DNA of 64,000 nt from Octopus vulgaris (lineage: Eukaryota). The notes below the pieces were generated by a model. That model had not been told where the DNA came from and made no database searches. It worked only from the letters and a program-made list of their open reading frames with translations. The translations under genes were made by a program, and so were the position numbers. The stretch is taken from contig OX597815.1 of assembly GCA_951406725.2 (NCBI GenBank), positions 121,768,001-121,832,000 on the forward strand, written 5' to 3'. Shown one piece after another: positions 12,793 to 26,050 of the stretch. Numbering within the stretch: the first letter of the stretch is position 1; each line of letters begins with the position of its first letter.

Positions 12793-13879
12793 ACTATCTC
12801 TCATTATTGCCAAGTTTTTTTCCCCAAACCCAAGTCACTCATTTTCTCTGTTTACTCATAAGTAAATACTCTTAACTTGGTTTTCTGTTGATCTGTTATT
12901 TCATCTTCTACTAATGCCAAAAGGTGATCAATTGACAATCTAATATCAGCATCATCATTATTCATAAACTGCAAGAGATTTACTCCCTTGGTATGGAGTA
13001 TTCTGTCTTTATATCTTTATAAACTAGTACATTTCTTGATTCAGTAGAATATCTTTCTCAAACACATCTTGTTCTCCTCCTTTATGTCATCCATGTAATG
13101 CTATAAAATCTGAATTTAAGCACCAGTTCATAAAAGGGAAACATACTACATTATTACACTGAAGCTGTGTGGAATAGATAACCATCGAGATAAGCAGGAA
13201 GAAGGAATTATTGTTGAGAGAGTCAATGAGACTTCAAATATTTGCAGATAGCAAGAAGAATAAAGATAGTTTTCACTGAAGGATGAAGTAAATGTTGTGT
13301 TATTAGAAATGGGATATATGTTACAGAACCAGAAATTTGAGTTTTATTAATGGTAATTGACTAAATATCAGAAAAGAAGTGAAAGACATTACAAGACACA
13401 AGTTGATTATTTGGAGATTGAAAAAAATGACATTATCACAGATCAAAGAGAATATTAGATCCAAGGTTTTATGTTTAGAATATAGGGAAGTTTAGCTAGA
13501 AAAATTACATCCTTCTGTAAAAGTTTTTTTTTTTTAATTGGTTTGATCTAGAAGTAGTAGTGCCCATAGTTTGTGCAGGCTACCCCAGACCAATGAGATC
13601 AATAATGTTAATACTACTATTACATAGCTGACAGCTGCAGAAAATACATGAGCAGAGGTGGAAATTCCAAAGTCAACAGTCTAGATGGAAAGGACTCAAT
13701 ATAGGGGTTAGTCAGACCCAGAAAACAATGTGATGAGAGCAAGTGAATTGGGAATGGAGGCAGCATGAGATCAGCCAATTCTTGGGGAGTAAAAGGCATC
13801 GTAAGAACAGGTAAGAAAGCAGAGTGAAGAGACTATACATGTATAGGACAGAAGCTAGAGTATGCCAATCAGGTAGAAA

Positions 13880-15065
13880 CTCCATAAGATGTACTCAGTG
13901 TAAGCTATGGCACATAAGAGGTGCAGTAATATCAAAGGAAGGCTAACTGGAAAGATAATTTTTGTGTGTGGCAAATGCTCATGGGTAATAAACACTGAAA
14001 ATATGCAGAAACAGTTTCTGTCACATGCCAGGGAAAAAAACTAAAGTAGTTGATAGCTTCCATTACCTAGGTGACCAAATCAGGGTGGATGCTCTGAGAG
14101 TGTAGCTACTAAAATAAGAATAGCCTGGGCAAAGTTCAGAGAGCTCTTACCTCTGCTGGTGACAAAAGGCCTCTCACTCAGAGTAAAAGGTAGACTGTAT
14201 AATGCATGTGTACAAACAGCCATGCTACATGGCAGTGAAACATGGGCTGTGACTGCTGAGGACATGTGTAAGCTCACAAGGAATGAAGCCAGTATGCTAC
14301 GATGGATGTGTAATGTCAGTGTGCATACTCGACAGATTGTTAGTACCTTGAGAGGAAAGTTGGACTTAAGAAGCATCAGATGTGGTGTGCAAGAGAGAAG
14401 AATGCGCTGGTATGGTCATGTGGCGAGAATGGATGAGGACAGCTGTGTAAAAAAGTGTCACACCCCAGTAATAGAGGGAACCTGTGGAAGAGGTAGACCC
14501 AAGAAGACCTGAGATGAGGTGGTGAAGCACAACCATCAAATGTTGGGCCTCACAGAGGCGATGACAAGTGACCGAGACTTTCGGAGATATGCTGTACTTG
14601 AGAAGACCCGGTAAGCCATAACCCGGTGCAGCATAACCGGTCTATTTAAGAGTACCCTTCAATCATTGGGCAATAAACTGCGCTTGCAAAGACCTGTTGA
14701 GTCAAGTGAAGTTATTGTCGTAGCCGATGCCAGTACCGCCTGATTGGCAGCTGTGCTAGTGGCACATAAAAAGCACCATTTGAGCACGGTCATTGCTTGT
14801 GCCGCCTGACTGGCTCTCATGCCAGTGACATGTAAAAAGCACCATTGAAGTGTGGTTGATGCCAGTACCACCTGACCGGCCCTCATGCTGGTGGCACATA
14901 AAAAGCACCCACTACGCTCTTGGAGTGGTTGGCGTTAGGAAGGGCATCCAGCTGTAGAAACTTTGCCAGATCAGATTGGAACCTGGTGCATTGTTCTGGT
15001 TTGCCAGCCTTCAGTCAAACTGTCCAACCCATGCCAGCATGGAAAGTGGACGTTAAATGATGATG
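13880..15065 (+). mobile_element. 5'-truncated RTE-clade LINE (ORF2 C-terminus plus 3' UTR)
   Basis: FHYLG, KGRLYNACVQTAMLHGSETW, RMRWYGHVARM and GRGRPKKT motifs, followed by a UTR ending ccatgccagcatggaaagtggacgttaaatgatgatg. Confidence 0.9.
14715..14910 (+). repeat. Three imperfect tandem units (about 60-70 bp) in RTE 3' UTR
   Basis: Repeated gatgccagtaccgcctgac...gtggcacataaaaagcacc. Confidence 0.75.
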
Positions 15066-16784
15066 TGATTCAAGTTGTGTATATTTGTCACAGCAATACT
15101 CTTTGTGTGTGTCACATGAGCTTTGTAGAGGGCAGTAGGAGACGAAGTATTTCTGGTCTGAAAGGGGACTAAAATTATGTTGAAGATGTGTGCTATTTGG
15201 GAAAGATCGTTAATGAGCATAAGAATTAGCATTTGCAGCAACCATGAGGGTTCTCACTGCATGTTATTCATGTTGAAGCGGAGATGGACTACAATGTTTT
15301 GAAAAATGTGTAGGAATTATTTTTGCTGTTAAATGTGACAAAGATTGGTATCAAGGCTACGTGTGGATGAAGCTTGAGTGCAGAAGTTTAAGGGAGGAGG
15401 AAGAGCATGAGAGACAAAACTGAACCTTGGAGCACACCATTTGTAACAGTGGATTACAAAAAGATTCTTAAACTTACAATAAGCTGCGATCTGACAGGAA
15501 GCAAACAATTCTAGAGATGAATGGATTTTATAGACTAGTCACAGGTCAGACATATAGCTGAATGTGTTACTGAGGCAACAACTATTTCCAACAAATTTCC
15601 CAAATGGAGGTGGGAGTACTACTTAATAATAAAGAAAAAAAGTTCACCAGTAGATCTGATATTATGAAAGTATATAGTGGAGGTCATTAAAAAAAGAAAC
15701 ATGTTTCAAGATTTTGGAGAGGGGTAGAGTTAATGGCTAACTCCCCCAACTTTGCGATGTTGGAAATGAGTGCAATATGTTGATAATTGGGTGGGTCAAA
15801 AGGATTAGTTTTCATGAGAATGGATCAAAATTATAGGATATTTCCAATGATCAGTACATCACTGTAGAGAGAGATATTGGTTTTTGAGATATTGAGGATA
15901 GGGGCATTGATTGGCTGCTTTAGGTTTATGTGCAGTAGGTTCTGAAGGGTCAGATGAAGTATATATACTGACAGGGGTAGTTAGCTTAGAACTGAAAGAA
16001 TGCCAATCACTGAGATATCTTTTAGTACCATAGGACCCAAGAGATGTTACCTAAAATGTGGATGAGTAGGGAATAGTCAAGATAAGGCAGGAGTCCTGCA
16101 AATTCAACAGTTGCAGAGAAAGTGATAGTTTGAGAAAAGATAGGTTTGAAGGTGAGATCAAGCGTGTTTGAAGCATTTGTGAGCCAGTCAAAGATTATAA
16201 GTAGGGGACAAAATGCACAAAATACATTAATGTAGAGAGTTGAAGATTGTGAAAGAATCAGAATGAGATGAATATGTGAAAGCCAATAAACATCTTATCA
16301 CCAGAGTTTACATTCATGAAAGATTTTTATCAGTGTATTACTCAATGTAGGTCAACAGCTTATCACTTTTTGGAAGCCAGACTGATCAAAAAAGATGGAA
16401 AGAGAGGAAAATCTGTTATGAAAGATAAAAAGTTAGTTTTGCTAATAAGAGAAAAACAAATAAAAAAAATTAAAAATTTCACTCTAGTTTTCTAATTAAT
16501 AAAAAGGTTGGAATTTCTATCATCAATGTCGATATTAAAACTAGAAAATTAAAGATGATTTCTGATTCATTACCTTTTTCTTTTAATGTATTTCTCTCAT
16601 TTTGACCAATTTTGACTGTCACATTCTTAAAATATTTCAGTAATCATTTCTTCCTTTTTCAATCTGTCAGTTATCAATCTAACAAGATAATGTTCTGTGG
16701 TTTAGTGTATCCATCAACAGATGACTACTACTACTATGGACAAATACAAAGAGAAAATGCCAAAATACAGTTTGAATATTCAAG

Positions 16785-17410
16785 CATGGCCACATGATTA
16801 AGAAGCTTGTTTGGCAACCATGTGATGTCTTGGGCAAATGTCTTCTACCTTAGCCTGGAGCCTATGAATGCTTTGTTTGTGAAAGTCCATTATAAATGCG
16901 TGTGTGTGCATGTGTGCGCATGAGTATTTGTGTTGTTTTTGCTTGTCACCACTTGACAACCAGTATTGGTTTGTTTACATCTCAATAATTCAGCAGTTCA
17001 ACAGTAAAAAAAATTCAAACGAGTAAGCATTAGACCTGAAAGGAAGAAAAACAGAAGAAAAAAAAAAGGGAAGTACCATAGGCACAGGTGTGGCCATGTG
17101 GTAAGGAGCTTCCTTTCTGGCTAACCAAAGCATTGTGAGTGGATTTGGGAGACAGAAACTGAAAGAAGTCCATCCTATATGTGTGCAACATCATCATTGT
17201 TTAACATCTGCCTTCCATATCATCACTTAACATCTGTTGTCCATGCTGGCATGGATTGTTGACAACTAATGTTGGTTTGTTTATGTCTCCATAACTTAAT
17301 GGTTCAACAAAAGAGACCAGCAGAAAAAGGTAAAAGGTACTGGTGTCAATTTATTTAACAAAAGCCCTTCATGGTGGTTCCACAGTCCAAATACTGAAAC
17401 AAGTAAAAGA
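16785..17410 (+). mobile_element. Cluster of decayed, interrupted copies of the same OR-type SINE
   Basis: Partial matches to 17459-17835 with an RTE-tail fragment inserted near 17190-17255. Confidence 0.65.
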
Positions 17411-17458
17411 TATATGAACATCTAACTTAATTCTATAGAAAGGTTGTATTAATTTAAG

Positions 17459-17835
17459 GCATAGGAGTGGCTGTGTGGTAAGTAGTTTGCTTACAAACCA
17501 CAGGGTTCCAGGTTCAGTCCCACTGCGTGGCACCTTGGGCAAGTGTCTTCTACTATAGCCTCGGGCTGACCAAAGCCTTGAGTGGATTTGGTAGACAGAA
17601 ACTGAAAGAAGCCCATCGTGTGTATATATATATATATGTATGTGTGTGTGTTGTCCCCCTAACATCACTTGACAACTAATGGTGGTGTGTTTACGTCCCC
17701 GTAACTTAGAGGTTCGGCAAAAGAGACCAATAGAATAAATATTAGGCTTACAAAGAATAAGTCCTGGGGTCGATTTGCTCGACTAAAGGCAGTGCTCCAG
17801 CATGGTCACAGTCAAATGACTGAAACAAGTGAAAG
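17459..17835 (+). mobile_element. Full-length tRNA-derived SINE with CORE-like segment and internal (TA/TG)n (octopus OR-type, inferred)
   Basis: A-box-like tggctgtgtggt, B-box-like ggttcagtcc, caccttgggcaagtgtctt, central microsatellite, 3' end cagcatggtcacagtcaaatgactgaaacaagt. Confidence 0.88.
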
Positions 17836-18194
17836 ATTTTTAAGAACTGCAGTTGTGTTTGGTATATCTAAGATTTACTTCCATTAGCGATTATACTTTT
17901 TATACTGAATCCATACCTTTACTTTATTCTTTAATCTGTAAATTAAGCTTTACTTGATCTGAAAATTATTCAACCTCAACAATTTCCTGCTATTTCAGGT
18001 ATACATTTTAAAACTACTTCAACATATTTCTTAGGTAACCAACAAATTAAGTAATTGCATATAGTGTGTTACCTAAAAGCTTTTACTGGACCTCAATTTG
18101 TCTATAATAAAGGGAGGAATGCTGTAAAAAGGTATTGAGTGTACATTAAAAAAAAAAAAAACTAATATTTAATTTTAACTAGTCTTTCATCATA

Positions 18195-18516
18195 CATGTT
18201 TTCCGTCATTGGGCTGTGGCCATGCTGGGCCATCACTTTGAAAGACTTTAGTCAAACATATCAATCCTAGAACTTATTCTATCAGTCCCTTTTATTGAAT
18301 TGCTAAGTTACAGGGATGTAAACAAACTAATATTGGTTGTCAAACAGAGGGTAGAGAGAAAAACACACGCACAAGATGGACTTCCAGTTTCCATCAATCA
18401 AATTCACTCACAAGGTATTGGTTCACTTAGGGCCGCCCAAGATGTCATGAACTGGGCCTGAACCTAAAACCACATGGTTGCAAAGCAAGCCCCTTAACCA
18501 CAGTCATGCCTGCACC
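18195..18516 (-). mobile_element. OR-type SINE
   Basis: Reverse complement match to 17459-17835. Confidence 0.75.
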
Positions 18517-18563
18517 TAAAATAATTTTAACCATTAATAATTCTTCCAACCTAATTTTAATAG

Positions 18564-19895
18564 TATTGGGTTATCCTATAAATAATGCATTTTTTTTATA
18601 CTTTTATTTTTCAAAATTAAGATAAAGTTCTTTAATCTAAAATATAATCTCCATTTTCTACAATGCTTTTCCATCTATCTGGTAGATTTGCAAGGCCCCT
18701 TTTTCAAAATTCACTTGTCTGTGATGAAAAATACTCCACCAGTACTGTTCTGACCTTGTCTACAGAATTTATATTTTATCTGTCCAAATGATTCTGAAGA
18801 CTACAGAATAAATGATAATCAGATTGGGCAATATCCAGCGAATATGGTGGGCGAGGTATCATTTCCCATTCAAACTGCTCCAGCCTTTGGAATGTCATCC
18901 TCACTGTATGTGACTGAACATTGCCTTTCATCCTTTCAGGGTCATTAAATTAAGTACCAATTGCGAACTGGAGTCAATCTAATCGACTGCCCTCCTCCCC
19001 AAAACTTTCAGGCTTTGTGCCTAGAGTAGAAAAGATTATCCTGATGGAAGAACACCTTTTGTCTTTAAACCAAAGATGGTCATTTTTTTCTCGCACTGAC
19101 TTAAGCTGCTCACAGTAGATCTTTGTTATCATTTCGTTAAAAAAGTTCAAAGTGCACTAAACCTTTCATAACCCGCCAAACAGATAACACCTTACGTGGG
19201 TGAAGACCTTCTTTAGCCTGGGGTGCTAGTGTTTCTCCTTTCCCTAACCAATGTCTTCGATGCTTGACATTTTTATAGAGAACCCATTTCTTGTCACCAG
19301 TCACTATTCAGTCTAAAAAAGGTTCATTCGTGAGACATTGCTAAGAAGAGCACACATTCACTGTGTGTGATTAGACTTGGAAAGTTTGTAAGGAACCCAT
19401 TGACCCAATTTGCTGACTTTTCCAATGGCACACAGGTGTCGATGAATAGTTGAATGACTAAATCCAAGCTTCTCTGCTAGATTCTCAACAGTTATGATGG
19501 GATTTTGTTCCAAAGTTTTCAGGACGTCCTCATTGAGCTCTACAGATCTAGGACAAGGCTTGTCTTCAAGGCTGTAATTTCCGGCTTGGAATTTCTGGAA
19601 CCATCGTTGATACTGGCTTACACTTATTGCTCAATCCCCATATACTGCATTAATATTCCTCACACTTTCCATTGCATAGTTGCCTTTATTGAACTCAAAG
19701 CAAAATATGCACCTTTGTCACTTCCATTATAGCTTTGAGAAAATAACTGCAACTCTTCAAAACTTCCACTAAGAATAAGGTAAAATTATTACCTGTTTTT
19801 AAAGAAAGTTGATGCAGGTAGTTTATCCCATCCCCCTCCAACTCCCAGTTCATGTAATTGAAAAAAAAACACCTTATTTATGGGATGACCCAATA
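18564..19895 (-). mobile_element. Near full-length degenerate mariner (coordinates include TA flanks) with nested SINE
   Basis: TIRs tattgggttatcctataaataa / ttatttatgggatgacccaata. Minus-strand relics WVPYKL, IVTGDKKW, HQDN and PPYSLDIAQSDYHLF. Confidence 0.85.
18923..19037 (+). mobile_element. 5'-truncated ATT-tailed SINE inserted in the mariner
   Basis: gcctttcatcctttcagggtc...ctttgtgcctagagtagaaaagatt matches the arrays at 9.3-10.8 kb and 30.6-31.8 kb; att occurs on both sides. Confidence 0.8.
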
Positions 19896-20800
19896 ATTAG
19901 TTAACTTAATAATTAGCCTAACATGTTAAATCCTCTCACAATATGATCATCATCATGAATTAACATCCGTTTTTCCATACTGGCATGGGTTAGACAGTTT
20001 GACAGGAGCTGGAAAGCCAGAGGGCTGCATCAGGCTCAAGTCATCTGTTTTTGTATGGTTTCTATGGCTGGATGCCCTTCTTAACACCAACTACTTTACA
20101 GAATGTACTGGGTGCTTTGTATGTGGTGCTGTAGTATGTGATACCAGCACAAGTGCTTTTAATGTGGCACCAGCATGGATGCTTTTTCCATGGTGCCAGC
20201 ACAGAGTTTAGAAAATATTATTAAACAATATGTTAGTAAATCAATAATTATCTCACCAAATCTTTATCCATTTCAATAAATCTTCCTCATAACTTGAAGC
20301 CTTGCGTGAAATCTAAACCCTTATAATCTTCTCCACACGCCTAGTTCTAAATACCCACATGAAAGTGGTGTAGCTTTTTGACCACACAGCAATGATGATT
20401 TCACATCTAGGAATAGACTAAGTCCTACACATCAAAATTGATTCAATTGTGAAAGGAAACCTTAACACTGATGTATGACTGACAAGTCTTCTTATACTGC
20501 AGGAAAAGCAAGTACCTTAAAATGAAACAGAGGCAGAGACAGGTTTTGTAGTGCATGGAACAGAAAGAGCATACAGTTACACACTCCCCACCACACACAA
20601 GCTAAAATCAAAACATTGAAAGAGTAGATCAAATATGCTGTATTGTAAATATGACAAATCCAAGACAGACACAATTTTGAAACAATGATGGCTCAATATC
20701 CATTCTTTCTGAAATTACAAAATGGCACACAAAGACAGTTTAAAGAAAAACAAAACAAAATTATATTAAAGATAAAAATCGTTTATGTAAACATTTTGTT

Positions 20801-20806
20801 TTTATT
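20801..20806 (-). terminator. Candidate polyadenylation signal of MLCK (about 1.6 kb 3' UTR)
   Basis: AATAAA on the - strand, followed downstream by a TG/T-rich tract (plus strand aaagaaaaacaaaacaaaa). Confidence 0.45.
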
Positions 20807-22382
20807 TAGTGCTATAAAACCACATAATTTAGTTAAAGACAGGAAGAACTTAGAAGCGTAGCTCAGATAATTAGTATCCCATTGTTTCAGTTTGTAAACA
20901 GAATAAAATTAATTTAAAAAGGAACCCAACACATACTTCCAATATAAATTGACTTCTTGATCATGGAATTGGTAGCAAGAATATTATTAATCAATTAATG
21001 GGAAATTTGTTTGATTTTGTTAATATTGAATTTATGTGTGTGTATATCTTAAACTTTTTATTATTTTAACTTAAAACCTAAGATCTAATTAAACACTTAG
21101 GGTAATTAGCAAAAGAGAAATATCAGCAGCACACATTAACCGAAAGAAGATTTGAATTTTACTGCAATCTTTTTGAAATAATCTATATTCTTATACTTGT
21201 TTCAGTCATTCGATTGTGGCCATGCTGGGGCATGGACACTTAACTTACATATATGTTCATCTGGTCGAAAATTAAGTTAAAAGTAAAAGTTTGTATCTTT
21301 GGAAGTATTTTATAGGTTCCCATTTCTTATAAGTTATGTACAATGCTGTAAATAAACATATCAACTCAGTATAATATATAAAAAATAAGAACAAAATCTC
21401 TAATACAGTAATTAAACAAATATAGCAATTAGAGAAATTAACATTTATAATAAATTATTTCTAATCTCAAAGTTACAAAATTCTCTTGCTTTAAAAATGT
21501 GTTAAAACTATAAAAAAAAATTTAATTTTTTTTTTTCCAATTTTTAAAAAATTTTTAATTTCAATGATCATTTTTCCTCCCTCCTTGTTCTGAGTGAGAA
21601 TTAGTATAGCAATTGATAATGCCATAGATATAAATTAGATGAAATAAAATAAGCTGTTCAATAACTGAACAAAATTTGTAATCACACTGATAACAGTAGC
21701 CAATGTGCTAAATACAATAGTGACCCCCTAACTTTACATGTCACATAAACAAAACTGTTTGCTAAAGAAACTTTGTTAATTTCTGCCTGAAGTTTTATTT
21801 ATTTTGTTAAAGGAGGGAGGTATAGAGGAGAAAAAAGTAGAAATATAAAAAATTTTTTGCATATCACAGATCAACTGCTTATTGGTTTTTCTTTTTCTTT
21901 TCTGAATGAAGCCATTGTAGGGTATGAAAATAGGACCCTGTGGAAGTTTTAACATCTAACTTATTCCAGATAGTATTATATTGTTCTTTGCCAAATCCAA
22001 AGTAAAAAAAACAAAAAAACTAGACTAGTGTATCTTGTACATCAGTGCAATGCTTATAAAACTCTCTCATCCCTTTTTACCTCAAAAGAACTATTTAATA
22101 TACAAGACATACAGATCTCTTCTTTCTCTCAACAGCTTATTTCATACACTGTCGGCAGCAGACTCGGCTCTGATCTTTTCAATTTCTTGTATCACCTTAG
22201 AGAAGGAAGAAGGATTTTCAACATTAGTTTTTGCATGAAAAAAGGTTTTTGATGGATTTGATAATTTAGATGAAGAATGAAGTAGATATGAACTGTCTGA
22301 ATAATTAATTCAGCAAGACAAAAATCACTGGATGGTGAACAGCCTAAGTGTTTTGGCATTAAAAACTGGACTGGTAAACTGC

Positions 22383-22544
22383 TTAAGGTTTTGGTGGCTT
22401 TGAATTCCTAAAAAATGTCCTTCTTTCATTCGAGACTGAATATTGGGTAGGCAGAGAAAATGAAGCGGGTTCTGATGTGGATGAAGCTCTTTCAGAAAAC
22501 CTGCCTGTTATGTGATTCAGAGCACGAATAGCAGTGCCATTTTT
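22383..22544 (-). CDS. MYLK: MLCK terminal exon, second half of calmodulin-binding helix and short tail
   Basis: Long pyrimidine tract plus ctttag acceptor, phase 0. KNGTAIRALNHITGRF...SKPPKP-stop completes ARRKWQ-KNGTAIRAL (smooth-muscle MLCK ARRKWQKTGHAVRAIGRL). Confidence 0.85.
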   Translation of the reverse strand, partial: KNGTAIRALNHITGRFSERASSTSEPASFSLPTQYSVSNERRTFFRNSKPPKP

Positions 22545-25500
22545 CTAAAGCAAAAAGAAAACAAAAAAACATCATGCAACACTCAACTCAAAATTAAATA
22601 AAACAAAGTAAAGAAAGACAAAACGAAAAATAAAATAAAGAAAAAACTGCACAAATATTTTTAGTGTTCAAAAATACAACAAACAACAAAGTGGATTATT
22701 ATTGTTATTATTATTAATAGTGCTGAATATCTTAACAACAACAATTACATAATTCATAATGTATATTCAATAACAGACTCCAATGAAGCTACTAAAACAT
22801 CTTGAAAGATGATAGACAATCAAAAAAATAATCTTTTATATGACAATAAATTATTAGACTTGGTCTTTATCTTTGGAGACAAAACATTTTATTTAAGATT
22901 TACATTGAGATTATGTTTAAATCTGTTTGACGTCCAATCATCATCAGATGTATTGTTTCCTGGACACACTTTTATACTTTTACTTGTTTCAGTTATTGTA
23001 CTGTGGCCATGCTGGGACATCACCTTACAGGGAAGGGTTTAGAGCTAATCAAATCAATTCAACTACTTTTTTTTTAAAGTTTGCTACTTATTTTATCAGT
23101 CTCTTTTTTGTTAAAATACTAAGTTACAAGGATGTATACAGACCAACACTAGTCATATAGCAGTAACACATACACACACACAAAATATTAAACTTGAATT
23201 AAGAACCCTTATTTCTAAGCTAGGGATAGTAACAGTTTTATCCTCTAGCCCACTGACAAATGTATAATATATGTTACACTTTAGCATATTTATATTTCAG
23301 TAAGAACACTAATATTAAGCTTATCTTAGTAGTGGGTTATCAGTGAGCCTTGGATATTTCCAAAGTTCTTACGATGGCTCTTTATTAAATATGGAAGTTT
23401 CATTCTATAGCAAGATATGATTTCCTTTCTCACATCAGAAAAGTACAATTTCTATGTTTACCTTTTCATTTTTACCTTATAAGATTTTTTTTATAAAATG
23501 CATAGAATATTATCTATACAAGTCTTGTGTTATAACTATTAATTCTGGTTGGAAATTTTCAAAGTGTAGCATAGATGTATATATTTTAAAAAGTAATGCT
23601 TCATCTCTGAAGATGAGGTCAATAATCTGGATAATGATAATCAAATTAGAATGGACTAAGCAGGGCAGGAGCACACACAATGACGGAAAGTGTTGCTGAT
23701 GAGGTCACAGATGAATTAATTACCAATAATTCATCTCAGACATTTTCATATAAAATCCTTTTTTAGTCTTACTTTATATTACCTGTAATCATCATCATTT
23801 AACATCCATTTTCCATACTGGAAGGGCTGGACAATTTTTTCAGAGTCTAATAGGTCCAAAGAATGTAGTATGCTCCAGTGCCTGCTTTGGCATGGCCTCT
23901 ACATCTGGATGCCTTTTCTAATGCCAACCATTTTAGTGTGAACTGGGTACTTTTCTTCCATGCCACCAGCACTAGTGGATGGTAGAGATGAGAGGAAGGA
24001 AATTGGGTGAAGGGCCCAGTTGCACATGTATACACACAGCTCTAGTAGAACTCAGTTTTGTCAAAATGGACAAGTCTCCTTCAGAACTGAACACTGCCAA
24101 TCATCCCAGTTCTTTGTCATCACCCCCATGAGATCATCTATCACCATTTAGTCTCAATTCTACCTGGGTCTTCTTCTGCAAGCTCCATTCACATTAAATG
24201 ATCAGCATGATAATTTTACAGTTCTTTGAAAAGCAGTTCAATATTTAATTTGTCCAATCCATACTGAGTTGTAATGTTTGTCTATTTAAAAGCTGAAATG
24301 GTAAAGAAGTTCAGTCTACAATAAGATACCGGGTTCAATTCCATTGCATGGTATCACAGGTAATCATCATTTTTACCATGACTTCAGGTCAATCCAAGAC
24401 TTTAGAATAAAATTGATAGAGGGGAAACTGTGAAAAGCCTGTCAGATGGATTGTACCTGGAAGTCAAGGATCTATCCTTGTCACACAGTGATACGCTGAT
24501 TCTAATTGAGAATTACATTGAGGGTACATGTGTCTGTGGAATACTCAGCCACTTACAAGCTAATTCAATGAACCAGTAGTTGAGCTGATCAAACAACCAA
24601 ATATTCATTACTGAAATGAACACTAGTTCATTTATTTAATACCGTTAATTCCAAAGCTATGGATATTTAGTTATTTATTTGATAATTATATTAGACAAGT
24701 AGGAAGGAGTAGCACAATTGATACACCCTCTCCTCCCACCCCCGCACAGGCATGAGCAATGTCGGTGAATGTCAAAAATATGAATGAGACAGCCTGATCG
24801 AAATGCTGGCAATAAGTTGTTATAGGTCATGAAAATATGCCTCACAATCATCATAAAATATTCATTTATTAAATTAAGGAGACCTACATATTTTGTGATG
24901 CTAATCGTTAAGAATTATTTTCACAAAATTTGGTTTGTTTTACTTCAAAAGATAAACTTTCAATTTATTTCTAAAACATTAATTTCTAAGAATTATCTAA
25001 AATGTCATCTACTTATTTCATTACTAATTAATAAAACATCTTTCGTAATTGATTTCCCTGTCAGAGAATTACTATTACAACTACGAGAGATTTCATACAC
25101 TCTTTTTCAGCACACTGAGGTACGAGTTCTCTCCCTTGAAAGTACTCGTCGTTAAATCTAAATAGTTTTGGAGGGGATTTTTTTCTATCTTCACGTTGCT
25201 CAACATTTGAATGTAAAACAACAGAACATAGAGCAACAATATGATTAATATTCTCTCTGTCTCTCTCACCCTCCCTCTGTGTGTGTGCGTGTGTAAAAAA
25301 TTCTTTTTTAGAATTGGTCTTTGAAATACATACAAAGCTATCATTAATAGCATGTAAGTATTGGTTTGAAAAACCCTTTTGGATTAAAAAAACCCAGAGT
25401 ATGCATAGGATTCGAACTCACATACCCTGTAGACATGATGGGCGTTCTATCAATAGTACCAGAGCAATACTTTGAAGTTCTCTCAAAAGTTTATAAATTC

Positions 25501-25854
25501 TTATGATGTCAACTATATATATATCCACATATATCCTCACTAATTATACACAGAGAAAGAAACTTATTGAAAATAAAACAAGTTATCTGAGACAATAATC
25601 ATTTAATCTTACACACATTTGTGTGACCACATCCCTATGTTTTCCTGTTGTTCAAGTCTACTCAACTGAACTGAGTATGGGCTGGTTGGTGTTGTGGCCA
25701 TCTCCATCCCACCAGCTGTCACATACTGGATGTTCTGCAGGTCAAAGGGCAAGGGGACTGAGAAGGTGTCTATGCTTATGACTACATAAACACTTAAAAC
25801 ATTAACTGAAAGCATGGTACATGCAATCAAGTCATACTTGTACACAACAGTGTG

Positions 25855-26016
25855 TGTGAAGCAGCTGTATGGTAAGAATTTGCTTCCAAATGGCATGGTT
25901 TCAGATACAGCTCCACTGTGAGGCATTTTGGGAAAGTGTCTTCTATAGCCCTGGGCCAACCAATGCCTTGAGAGTGGATTTAGTAGATGGAAACTGAAAG
26001 AAGTCTGTTGTGTATA

Positions 26017-26050
<34 letters not shown>

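Larger units (their letters stand above)
13300..16400 (-). mobile_element. Old CR1/L2/Jockey-like LINE remnant interrupted by the RTE copy
   Basis: Minus-strand TNGVLQGSVLSLMLFLL near 15400-15450 (RT GVPQGSVL motif) and persistent purine bias on +. Boundaries approximate. Confidence 0.5.

Noticed and set aside
14080-14512. Host gene ORFs
   Set aside because: RTE ORF2 fragment and its antisense frame.
17459-17530. tRNA gene
   Set aside because: SINE head with A/B-box-like motifs; no complete cloverleaf seen.
24240-24310. Strong minus-strand acceptor as another MLCK last exon
   Set aside because: Derives from the antisense head of a SINE and the peptide has no calmodulin-helix pattern.
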